From Acidothermus cellulolyticus 11B (lineage in GTDB: Bacteria > Actinomycetota > Actinomycetes > Acidothermales > Acidothermaceae), in assembly GCF_000015025.1 (NCBI RefSeq), contig NC_008578.1:2411541-2443540 (forward strand): a stretch of DNA of 32,000 nt, read 5' to 3'. Shown here one piece after another: positions 16,423 to 24,582 of the stretch. Positions within the stretch are counted from its first letter, which is position 1. Each line of letters starts with the position of its first letter. A program made the translations under genes and the position numbers. The notes beneath the pieces are model-generated. The model worked only from the letters and a program-made list of their open reading frames with translations. It was not told where the DNA came from and did no database searches.

Positions 16423-17844
16423 GTGAGCAGCGTATCGACGCTCACCGCCGGTACGGTGCTTGCCGGCCGTTATCGGCTCGAGCGACCCCTCGACGTCGCG
16501 CCGTCGCATGGCGCAACAGCGTCTCACGCGGTCTGGTCGGCACGTGACGATCTCTTGGCCCGGCCGGTAGCCGTGCGGATTCACCGCACTGGCGAGTACG
16601 CCGGGCAGGCCTCCTTCGGCGACGTGCGCGGGGCGGCGCGGCTCGTTCATCCGGCGCTGTTACGCATCTACGACGCCGGAGAAGGCGATGACTTCGGGTA
16701 TCTCGTCACGGAACTCCCCGCCGGGGAGACCCTCGAGGACCGGCTCCATGCCGGGCCGCTGGACCCTGCCGAGGCCGCGGCCCTGCTCCTCGTCCTCGCC
16801 GACGGCGTCGCTCGGGCGCACGCTGCTGGTTTCTGCCGATTCTCCATCACACCGCACACTGTCCGGTTGCTCCCGACCGGCCAGCCTCGGCTGGACAGCG
16901 TTCCGGTGGCTGAGACCGGAGATCCGACGGGGATAGCAGACGACGTACGGGCTCTGGGTTGGCTCGGCTACGCAGCAGCCACTGCCAAGTGGCCGGGCCC
17001 GCCGCGGCTCAGCAGCCTTCCACCGGCGCCTCGAGTCGAAGGGGCGCTGTGCACGGTCCGTCAGGTCCGCGGCGGCGTACCGCGGAACTTTGACGACATC
17101 ATTTCCCGGTTGATCGGCCTGAGCGGCCCGCCGATCACATCAGCCGATGAACTGGCCACGCAGCTTGAGCAGCAGCAGAGGATCGAGGACGTCGAGGAGA
17201 CGCGCGAATTCGCCCCGGTGCCTGCCGCGCAGCGCACGCGTTGGGTGCCGGGCCGGGGCCAGCGGTGGAGTCTCGCCGCGGCCCTGGTCCTGCTGATCGC
17301 CGGGCTGATCGGGTTGTTCCGCAACAACTCCGGCGGGTACCTGCAATTCCCGCACCACACCGGACCGGCGCAACAGACCGTCCCGGCTCGGTCGCCAAGT
17401 CCTGCGCCGGTCGTCATCCATCCGGCGTCGATCGAGGAGTTCGATCCGTACGGCGACCACACGGATCCGCACGTCAAGGAAGCGCCCGCTGCGATTGACG
17501 GAGACCCCGAGACCGCCTGGCACACCCAGACGTTCTTCTCGCCGGCGTTCGGCAATATCAAGCCCGGGGTCGGACTTCTCGTTGACCTTGGCGCGTCGCG
17601 CCACGTCGCGACCATCGACGTGCGGATGCTGAACGCGGGAGCAACCGTCGCGCTGTACGCATCCGACACCGCACCCCATACGGAACGCGACATGCAGCAC
17701 ATTGCGACCAGCGCGGATGCCGGCCTGACCGTTTCCTTCCGCCCAGACCAAGCGCACCGGTACTGGCTGCTCTGGCTCACCCGGCTGCCGCCGGCGCGGG
17801 GTGGTTACGCCAGCGGCATCAGCGAGATCACTTTCCGGTCGTGA
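16423..17844 (+). CDS. single-pass membrane pseudokinase with extracellular discoidin/F5-8-type-C-like domain (counterpart of the C-terminal half of M. tuberculosis MviN)
   Basis: The kinase-like fold starts at LAGRYRLERPLD but has VAVRI instead of VAIK, and no HRD or DFG. TM helix WSLAAALVLLIAGLIGLF. Ectodomain IDGDPETAWHTQTF...YASGISEITF. I chose GTG at 16423 (GGAGGG 6 nt upstream); ATG at 16372 is an alternative. Confidence 0.8.
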   Translation: MSSVSTLTAGTVLAGRYRLERPLDVAPSHGATASHAVWSARDDLLARPVAVRIHRTGEYAGQASFGDVRGAARLVHPALLRIYDAGEGDDFGYLVTELPAGETLEDRLHAGPLDPAEAAALLLVLADGVARAHAAGFCRFSITPHTVRLLPTGQPRLDSVPVAETGDPTGIADDVRALGWLGYAAATAKWPGPPRLSSLPPAPRVEGALCTVRQVRGGVPRNFDDIISRLIGLSGPPITSADELATQLEQQQRIEDVEETREFAPVPAAQRTRWVPGRGQRWSLAAALVLLIAGLIGLFRNNSGGYLQFPHHTGPAQQTVPARSPSPAPVVIHPASIEEFDPYGDHTDPHVKEAPAAIDGDPETAWHTQTFFSPAFGNIKPGVGLLVDLGASRHVATIDVRMLNAGATVALYASDTAPHTERDMQHIATSADAGLTVSFRPDQAHRYWLLWLTRLPPARGGYASGISEITFRS

Positions 17845-17897
17845 CGGCGTCGGTGGGCGACAGCCGCGGCCCATCCGCCGGTCGTGACGGCGTCGGT
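17835..17897. repeat. perfect 20-bp direct repeat, period 43; copy 1 spans the pseudokinase stop codon
   Basis: CCGGTCGTGACGGCGTCGGT at 17835-17854 and 17878-17897. The stop TGA is at 17842-17844. Confidence 0.9.
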
Positions 17898-18012
17898 CGA
17901 TACGCCGTCGCGCAGCGGCCACCGAATCGTGCCGCATCGCAAGCACCGCATAACACCGGCCCTGCAACAGCGAAAGGCTAAGGTGGCGATCGTGGCCGGC
18001 GAGCCTACCGAG

Positions 18013-18603
18013 ATGACGCAGGTCGATGATGCGACCTTGCTACGGCGTCACCTCGCCGGTGATCGGGATGCCTTTGCGCAGATCTTCCACCGGCACCGGG
18101 ATCGGCTCTGGTCGGTCGCGCTGCGGACGCTCGGAAATCCGGCGGACGCCGCGGACGCCGTCCAGGACGCGATGCTCTCCGCGGTGCGGTCTGCGCCGTC
18201 CTTTCGCGGCGACGCGCAGGTCGGCACCTGGCTCTACCGGATCGTCGTCAACGCCTGCGTGAGCCGGCTCCGCCGTCCGGCCGCGCTGCCGCTCGACGAG
18301 GCACTCGGCACAGATTCGCCGGACCCTGCCGAGCGCGCAGCAGTCGCGGTCGATGTGCAGGACGCACTTGCGGCGCTCCCCGCCGAGCAACGGCTCGCCG
18401 TCGTCTTGGTGGATGTCGAGGGCCTTCCGGTTGCCGACGTTGCGGAGCTGCTCGGCGTACCCGTCGGCACGATCAAGAGCCGCTGTTTTCGAGCCCGGGC
18501 CGCATTGGCTGTCGCGCTTGGACACCTGCGCGCAGGGAACCGGACAACCGGTGAAGACGTCCAACCGCCGACGGCGACTGAAGCGGAGGGGGATGTCACG
18601 TGA
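18013..18603 (+). CDS. sigM: ECF (group 4) RNA polymerase sigma factor, SigM-position
   Basis: Region 2: FAQIFHRHRDRLWSVALRTLGNPADAADAVQDAML...WLYRIVVNACVSRLRR. Region 4: LPAEQRLAVVLVDVEGLPVADVAELLGVPVGTIKSRCFRARAAL. Synteny sigma, anti-sigma, trxB, trxA. Alternative GTG start at 17983. Confidence 0.87.
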   Translation: MTQVDDATLLRRHLAGDRDAFAQIFHRHRDRLWSVALRTLGNPADAADAVQDAMLSAVRSAPSFRGDAQVGTWLYRIVVNACVSRLRRPAALPLDEALGTDSPDPAERAAVAVDVQDALAALPAEQRLAVVLVDVEGLPVADVAELLGVPVGTIKSRCFRARAALAVALGHLRAGNRTTGEDVQPPTATEAEGDVT

Positions 18604-19448
18604 CCGAGCATCCGGACGCCGCTACGTTAGCCGGCATCGCGGCTGGTGAGACGGCCGAGCTGCCGGACGTCGACGAACACCTCTCCGACTGTGCGGAGTG
18701 CCGGCAGACGGTGACGGAGCTGCAACGCATTCCACAATTGCTCCGCGCTCTCCAACCGGTACCCATGCCCGCAGACATTGCTGAGCGCATTGACCAGGCG
18801 ATCCGCCGTGACGATGAGAACCCGGTATCGATACTGCCCCGACGCCGGCGATTCGCCCGCACGCCGGTGCTGGCAGCCGCCGGCGTGCTCATTTTGGCAG
18901 CCGTCGGCACGGTGGTGGCTCTCCGGCTTCAGTCAGATCATTCGAGACGCGCCTCCCCTGTGATGGAAGGATCAAGCCGGACCGTGATGATCGCCTCTGG
19001 CACCAACTACACCCCGGATCTCCTGCAGCACGAAATCGCGCGCGTGCTTGCCAACCGCCGACCGGATCTGGCATCGGCGTTCCCGGCGGTGGCAAAGCTG
19101 GCGAGCGCCTCGCCGTCCTCGGCCTCCGGGACCCGCGCACAGCGAAGCACGTCCGGGAACAACTCGACCTCGAGCTCGGCCGCTCAGCCGGTTCCGGCGG
19201 CGGCGCCTACCGCACCGGCCGGCCGATTAGCCAATGCCGCCAACCTGCAAGCGTGCGTGACCGCGCTCGCGGGTCGCCCGGTGTCCCCGCTGCTGGCGGA
19301 CTTCGCGCTCTTTGACGGCAATCCGGCAACCGTCATGGTGTTCGTCGACCCCGACGACCCCGGCGTCCTCGACGTCTATGTGGAACGCGAGGGAGCGGAC
19401 TGCAGCCAGGATGTGACATTCTTCGCTCGGCTCACGGCTGGCGGATGA
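18600..19448 (+). CDS. zinc-binding (ZAS-type) membrane anti-sigma factor
   Basis: The GTG start overlaps the sigma stop (GTGA). HLSDCAECR gives the HxxxCxxC motif. TM helix [19 protein letters not shown]. Extracytoplasmic C-terminal domain. Confidence 0.8.
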   Translation: MTEHPDAATLAGIAAGETAELPDVDEHLSDCAECRQTVTELQRIPQLLRALQPVPMPADIAERIDQAIRRDDENPVSILPRRRRFARTPVLAAAGVLILAAVGTVVALRLQSDHSRRASPVMEGSSRTVMIASGTNYTPDLLQHEIARVLANRRPDLASAFPAVAKLASASPSSASGTRAQRSTSGNNSTSSSAAQPVPAAAPTAPAGRLANAANLQACVTALAGRPVSPLLADFALFDGNPATVMVFVDPDDPGVLDVYVEREGADCSQDVTFFARLTAGG

Positions 19449-19459
19449 TGGCGGATGCC
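19440..19459. repeat. 10-bp tandem duplication spanning the anti-sigma stop codon
   Basis: GGCGGATGAT / GGCGGATGCC. The stop TGA is at 19446-19448. Confidence 0.7.
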
Positions 19460-19533
19460 CGCCGGCGGGAATGCCGTACGCCTACGATCGGTTGTCGGAT
19501 GCGACGCCATCAGCGGACCGAGGAGCAGCACGC

Positions 19534-20517
19534 GTGGCAAGTGAGTCCGACACCATTCGTTCCCTCATCATCATCGGATCGGGACCTGCGGGATACACCG
19601 CAGCGCTGTACGCCGCCCGGGCCAAATTGCAACCACTGGTCTTCGAAGGCTCGGTCGGTGCGGGCGGCGCGCTGATGACGACAACCGAGGTGGAGAACTT
19701 TCCCGGCTTTCCGGACGGCATCCAGGGACCGGATCTCATGGAGAGAATGCGGGCGCAGGCTGCGAAATTCGGTGCCGAGCTTGTCCCGCACGATGTCGTC
19801 GCCGTTGACCTCCGGGAACCGGTCAAGGTGGTCCGAACCGACGAGGGCGAGTACCGAAGCCGTGCACTGATCATCGCCACCGGCTCGAAGTATCGATACC
19901 TCGGACTGGCGAATGAACAGCGGTTGCTGGGTCGCGGAGTGTCCGCCTGTGCGACGTGCGATGGATTCTTCTTCCGGGACCAAGACATCGCCGTCGTCGG
20001 GGGCGGCGACTCAGCGGCGGAAGAGGCACTTTTTCTCACCCGCTTCGCCCGCAGCGTCACGCTGATTCACCGCCGTGACGCACTGCGGGCAAGCAAGATC
20101 ATGCAGGATCGCGTCTTCGCCAACGACAAGATTCGTATCCGGTGGAATGCGCGGGTGATCGACGTCCTTGGCGACGACCGGGTCGAGGGCGTGTTGCTCG
20201 AGGACACCCGAACCGGCGACCAGGAAACCCTTCCCGTGACGGGTTTGTTCATCGCGATCGGCCATGAGCCGCGCAGCGAACTGTTCCGCGGCCAATTGGA
20301 GATCGACGCCGCCGGCTACATTCAGGTCGCCCATCCCACGACGCGCACCAGCGTCCCGGGTGTTTTCGCCTGCGGTGACGTGGTCGATTACATCTACCGG
20401 CAAGCGGTAACTGCCGCCGGAACGGGCTGCGCAGCGGCGATCGACGCCGAACGGTGGCTGGCCGAGCAGGATGCAGGCTTGTCGACGTCCGTACTGACCA
20501 CGACCGGGTCGGCCTGA
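19534..20517 (+). CDS. trxB: thioredoxin-disulfide reductase
   Basis: [19 protein letters not shown] (FAD), [11 protein letters not shown] (redox CxxC) and [12 protein letters not shown] (NADPH). GTG at 19534 has GAGGAG 9 nt upstream. The ORF-track ATG at 19471 is an alternative. Confidence 0.93.
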   Translation: MASESDTIRSLIIIGSGPAGYTAALYAARAKLQPLVFEGSVGAGGALMTTTEVENFPGFPDGIQGPDLMERMRAQAAKFGAELVPHDVVAVDLREPVKVVRTDEGEYRSRALIIATGSKYRYLGLANEQRLLGRGVSACATCDGFFFRDQDIAVVGGGDSAAEEALFLTRFARSVTLIHRRDALRASKIMQDRVFANDKIRIRWNARVIDVLGDDRVEGVLLEDTRTGDQETLPVTGLFIAIGHEPRSELFRGQLEIDAAGYIQVAHPTTRTSVPGVFACGDVVDYIYRQAVTAAGTGCAAAIDAERWLAEQDAGLSTSVLTTTGSA

Positions 20518-20640
20518 CGTGAGGACGGCCCTCCGGCTCGGGTGCTGGATCGTTGCGGGGACCGGCGGACGGCAACCTGGTAGCGCGAGCGGCACGCCGA
20601 AGGGGCAGGATGGCGGAGTAGCAGGAGACGAGGAGTGACC

Positions 20641-20961
20641 GTGACGACAGCAGTAACCGACGAGACGTTCGAAAGCGAAGTCCTGGCCAGCGACAAGCCG
20701 GTGCTGGTGGACTTCTGGGCCGAGTGGTGTGGGCCGTGCCGGATGGTCGCCCCGGTTCTTGAAGAGATCGCCGCAGAGTACGGCGACAAGCTCCGGATCG
20801 TGAAGCTCAACGTGGACGAGAACCCCAAGACCACGCAGGCGTACTCGATACTGTCGATCCCTACGTTGAACGTTTTCCAGAACGGTCAGGTCGTCAAGCA
20901 GATCGTCGGCGCGAAGTCCAAGGCCGCACTCCTGAAAGACCTCGAGCCGTTTCTCTCGTAG
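20641..20961 (+). CDS. trxA: thioredoxin
   Basis: VLVDFWAEWCGPCRMVAPVLEEIA carries the WCGPC active site. GTG at 20641 lies 6 nt after GAGGAG. The GTG at 20635 is an alternative. Confidence 0.93.
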   Translation: MTTAVTDETFESEVLASDKPVLVDFWAEWCGPCRMVAPVLEEIAAEYGDKLRIVKLNVDENPKTTQAYSILSIPTLNVFQNGQVVKQIVGAKSKAALLKDLEPFLS

Positions 20962-20970
20962 CCGGCGCTG

Positions 20971-21014
20971 CGTACGACTCGCCACGGGCGCCGTACGGTC
21001 GCCACGGGCGCCGT
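20971..21014. repeat. 21-bp tandem duplication x2 downstream of trxA
   Basis: CGTACGACTCGCCACGGGCGC / CGTACGG-TCGCCACGGGCGC / CGT. Confidence 0.85.
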
Positions 21015-21192
21015 GTTGGGCTTCGCCGCTGACCCGGGGTCACTGCCACTTTCTGCCGAAAACGCAGGCCTAACGGCCGGCCCCATCAAGAGATTCGGCT
21101 GAACGTGTGCGCCGGGACGGCGGCGTGAACTGTTCGCCGTCGAGCCGTCTGACCCGTCGCAACGTTGCGCCGGTTGGTGGACGCCGTCGTTG

Positions 21193-21251
21193 CTGGTCGC
21201 ATCGGCGCGGTGGAAGGTCACATCGACAACTGGTCGCATCGGCGCGGTGGA
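21193..21251. repeat. perfect 22-bp direct repeat, period 37, in the cwlM leader
   Basis: CTGGTCGCATCGGCGCGGTGGA at 21193-21214 and 21230-21251. Confidence 0.9.
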
Positions 21252-21339
21252 TGTCAACTTCGTTGCGGTTGTTTGTCCACCCGGACAGGGCAAGCTCCGG
21301 CCGATAGCATTCGGGCGTCTTCGGCACGAAGGGGTCGTG

Positions 21340-22476
21340 ATGCAAGGCACCGTACTGATGCGCCTTGGGGATCGGAGCTTTGCGGTCGCGGAGATCCGGC
21401 ACCGGCTGGCGCACCTCGGCCTGCTCAGCCGCACAAATGGGGATCACGACTGTGTGCGCGCCGCGTGCGACGTCTTCGACGAGACGGTCGATCATGCGAT
21501 CCGTGCGTTTCAGCAGCAGCGCGGTCTCCGCACCGATGGAGTGGTGGACGCCGAGACGTTCCGCGCTCTCGACGAGGCGAAATGGCGGCTCGGCGATCGG
21601 GTGTTGAGCTACGTCCCCGGGCATCCGCTGGTCGGCGACGACGTCGCCGCCTTGCAGCGACGACTCTGCGACATGGGCTTCGATTGCGGGCGGTGCGACG
21701 GCATCTTCGGTCCGCTCACCGAGGCGGCGCTTCGGGAGTTCCAGCGCAACGTGGGCCTGCCCGCGGACGGCACGTGCGGAGCTGACACCCTGCGTGCGCT
21801 CCAGCGGCTGCGCCGGACCGTGGTCGGCGGCCGCCCCTATGAACTGCGTGAGACACTCCGGCTGCGTCACCATCCGCCGACCGTCGCCGGCAAATGCGTC
21901 GTGCTTGATCCAGGACACGGCGGACGCGACACTGGTGCGCGAACGGCCGATCTCTGCGAGGCATCGCTGGTCGACGACATCGCGAATCGCATTGAGGGCC
22001 GACTTCTCGCTGTCGGAGCCCAGCCGTTCCGGACCAGAGCCGCGCAGCACGTGCTCCACCCCGAGGATGTCCCGCCGTCCGATGGCGACCGGGCCTCATT
22101 CGCCAATGCGGCCGAAGCTGATGTCGTCGTCTCGCTGCACATCGACGGGCATCACGATCCGGCGTGCAACGGCTTTGCGGTCTACTACTACGGCACTGCC
22201 CGCGAAAGGTCGGTCGTCGGCGAACGCCTCGCCGAACTGGTCCGGGCGGAAGTCTTGGAGAGAACGGACTTCTTGGACTGCCGGACCCATCCCAAGACCT
22301 GGGAGTTGCTCCGGCGGACCCGCATGCCGGCGGTGCGTGTGGAGTGCGGATACCTCACCAACCCGGCGGATGCCGAGCGGCTCGCAGACCCCGGTGTCCG
22401 GGACCACATTGCGGAGGGAATCGCCTCCGCACTACGCCGCCTTTACGAAGATCCCGGTGAACCGGCAGCCCTGTGA
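21340..22476 (+). CDS. cwlM: CwlM-type protein: two PG_binding_1 repeats plus an Amidase_3 (N-acetylmuramoyl-L-alanine amidase) domain, no signal peptide
   Basis: Two repeats of the type GDRSFAVAEIRHRLAHLG and DDVAALQRRLCDMGFDCGRCDGIFGPLTEAALREFQ. The amidase domain has VLDPGHGGRDTG, CEASL, SLHIDG and VECGYLTNPADAERL. ATG at 21340 has GAAGGGG upstream. Synteny after trxA matches Rv3915. Confidence 0.88.
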   Translation: MQGTVLMRLGDRSFAVAEIRHRLAHLGLLSRTNGDHDCVRAACDVFDETVDHAIRAFQQQRGLRTDGVVDAETFRALDEAKWRLGDRVLSYVPGHPLVGDDVAALQRRLCDMGFDCGRCDGIFGPLTEAALREFQRNVGLPADGTCGADTLRALQRLRRTVVGGRPYELRETLRLRHHPPTVAGKCVVLDPGHGGRDTGARTADLCEASLVDDIANRIEGRLLAVGAQPFRTRAAQHVLHPEDVPPSDGDRASFANAAEADVVVSLHIDGHHDPACNGFAVYYYGTARERSVVGERLAELVRAEVLERTDFLDCRTHPKTWELLRRTRMPAVRVECGYLTNPADAERLADPGVRDHIAEGIASALRRLYEDPGEPAAL

Positions 22477-22552
22477 CAGGGTGGTCCACGCCGGCAGGGT
22501 CACGACCGGAGGCTCATCACCGATGGGTTCCCCATGGTGGGCCCAACACCGT

Positions 22553-22578
22553 CAGGTCCGCACCCGGACCTGCTTTTC
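22553..22578 (+). terminator. intrinsic terminator downstream of cwlM
   Basis: CAGGTCCG-CACC-CGGACCTG is followed by CTTTTC. It overlaps the stop codon of the convergent GNAT gene. Confidence 0.55.
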
Positions 22579-23188
22579 AGGCCGGGCGCAGCGCCCCTTC
22601 CGGTGCCACCGACCCGAGAAGTTTTTCGATGGTGCCTTCCATGTTCCACGTGAGCGCCGTCTTCAATTCCAAACGCAGGCGCGGGAATCGAAAATGCGGC
22701 CGAACGGTCTTGAACCCGAGTGCGAGCAGGAAATCCGCGGGCAGCAGACAATCGGGTGCGCGCCACGAATTATCCGCGAATGCTTCAATCGCCTTGACCC
22801 CCCGACGCGTGAGATCCTTTGCCGCGGACTGAACCAGGATGCGGCCAAGGCCGCCGCCGGCGAATTCGGGCAGAACAAATGCGGTGAGCAGCAGAACGGC
22901 GTCCGCGCTGACGGGACTGGTCGGAAAAGCGGCAGCACGCGGCACGTAGGCCGGTGGCGCGTAGAGCACGTAACCGGCAGGAACGCCGTCCACGTAAATG
23001 AGCTTGCCGCAATTCCCCCACTCCAACAGGACGGACGAAACCCAGGCCTCCTTCTCGAGCATGGTGTCCCCCGCTTCCTCGGCCCGCGCCCGGGACACCG
23101 GATCAAGCTCCCAGAAGACGCACCGGCGACACCGCCCGGGCAGCGCGTCGAGGTTATCCAACGTCAATGAGACGACGCGTCGTGACAT
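22577..23188 (-). CDS. GNAT-family acetyltransferase-like protein (Rv3916c position)
   Basis: 203 aa from ATG at 23188 (GGAGGTG upstream). LPEFAGGGLGRILVQSAAKDL resembles the acetyl-CoA binding loop. N-terminal CRRC. Conserved position between cwlM and parB. Confidence 0.72.
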   Translation of the reverse strand: MSRRVVSLTLDNLDALPGRCRRCVFWELDPVSRARAEEAGDTMLEKEAWVSSVLLEWGNCGKLIYVDGVPAGYVLYAPPAYVPRAAAFPTSPVSADAVLLLTAFVLPEFAGGGLGRILVQSAAKDLTRRGVKAIEAFADNSWRAPDCLLPADFLLALGFKTVRPHFRFPRLRLELKTALTWNMEGTIEKLLGSVAPEGALRPA

Positions 23189-23331
23189 GGGCACCTCCGC
23201 CGCGGAGTCAGCGTACCGGGTCACCGACGGCATGTCAGGCGGGCGGCCGATAGCCTGGGAGAACGCCACCGACGCACCAGGCGGTCACGGACCGCCTTCC
23301 CACGGTGCCGGCGTGCCTAGCGGAGGTCACG

Positions 23332-24582
23332 ATGGACGGGAGAACCCCTCGGCTCGATCCGTATGTCGAGCGGTACGCGGCACGGACCCACGGGATGACC
23401 GCGTCGGAGATTCGGGCGCTCTTCTCGGTCGCTGACCGGCCTGAAGTCATCAGCATGGGTGGCGGGTCCCCTTTTGTCAGCGCACTTCCGCTTGATCTCG
23501 TCGCCGAGCTGGCCGCAAAGGTCATCGCGGACCGCGGTGCGCAGGCGCTGCAGTACATGTCCGGCCAGGGCGACGCCCGGCTGCGGGAGCTGATCTGCGG
23601 AGTCATGGCGTTGGAAGGCATCTCCGCGTCACCGGACGACGTCATCGTCACGGTTGGGTCCCAGCAAGCCTTGGATATCGTCGCCCGGATTTTCCTGGAT
23701 CCCGGCGATGTCGTCCTTGCGGAAGCGCCGTCGTACGTCGGCGCGCTCGGCGCGTTCGCTCAATATCAGGCGACGGTCGTGCACGTTGCGATGGACGACG
23801 ACGGGCTGGTGCCGGAGGCGCTGCGGGAGACGCTGCGCCGGATGACCGAGGAGGGCCGGCGGCCGAAATTCCTTTATGTCGTGCCGAATTTCCATAACCC
23901 AGCTGGTGTGACGTTGGCGGACGGGCGGCGGGACGAGATTCTGGAGATCTGCGCGGCCGCGGACGTGCTTGTCGTCGAAGACAACCCCTACGGTCTGCTG
24001 GGCTTCGACGGCACGGCCCACCGGGCATTACGGGCGCGTTCAACTGACGGTGTCATTTACCTCGGATCCTTCTCGAAGATTTTCGCCTCCGGCATCAGAG
24101 TCGGTTGGGTGGTGGCGCCGACCGGGGTCAAGGAAAAACTGATCATGGCCAGCGAGGCGACTACGTTGTGCCCGGTGGCGCTCTCGCAGTTTCTTGTGGC
24201 GGAATTTCTCGCCCATCACCCGTGGCAGGAACAGGTGCGGATATTCCGGGACCTGTACCGGGTGCGGCGGGACGCCTGTCTGGAAGCATTGGCCGCACAC
24301 TTCCCGCCGGAGACGTCGTGGACCCGGCCGGCCGGGGGTTTCTACGTCTGGGTCACCCTCCCTCCCGGGATCGACGCGAAGGCGATGTTGCCGCGGGCGA
24401 TTCAGCAAGGCCGGGTTGCTTACGTTCCCGGCACCGGGTTTTATGCGGATGGTCAAGGCGCCGGCAATTTGCGGCTGTCGTACAGCCTCCCGGAGCCGGA
24501 ACGAATCCGCGAAGGTGTGCGGCGCCTTGGCGCGGTCGTCGCCGAGGAACGCGAGCTCGTCGAAGCGCTCGGAGGGGGCTGA
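23332..24582 (+). CDS. PLP-dependent aminotransferase, fold type I (class I/II)
   Basis: MGGGSPFVSALP...NFHNPAGVTL...YLGSFSKIFASGIRVGW carries the SxSK PLP-lysine motif. ATG at 23332 has GGAGGT upstream. Its stop overlaps the ddl start (TGATG). Confidence 0.85.
   Translation: MDGRTPRLDPYVERYAARTHGMTASEIRALFSVADRPEVISMGGGSPFVSALPLDLVAELAAKVIADRGAQALQYMSGQGDARLRELICGVMALEGISASPDDVIVTVGSQQALDIVARIFLDPGDVVLAEAPSYVGALGAFAQYQATVVHVAMDDDGLVPEALRETLRRMTEEGRRPKFLYVVPNFHNPAGVTLADGRRDEILEICAAADVLVVEDNPYGLLGFDGTAHRALRARSTDGVIYLGSFSKIFASGIRVGWVVAPTGVKEKLIMASEATTLCPVALSQFLVAEFLAHHPWQEQVRIFRDLYRVRRDACLEALAAHFPPETSWTRPAGGFYVWVTLPPGIDAKAMLPRAIQQGRVAYVPGTGFYADGQGAGNLRLSYSLPEPERIREGVRRLGAVVAEERELVEALGGG

Noticed and set aside
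22642-22657. TGTTCCACGTGAGCGC as a second parS site.
   Set aside because: It matches the consensus at only 11 of 16 positions, and one half-site is destroyed. It lies inside the GNAT coding sequence.
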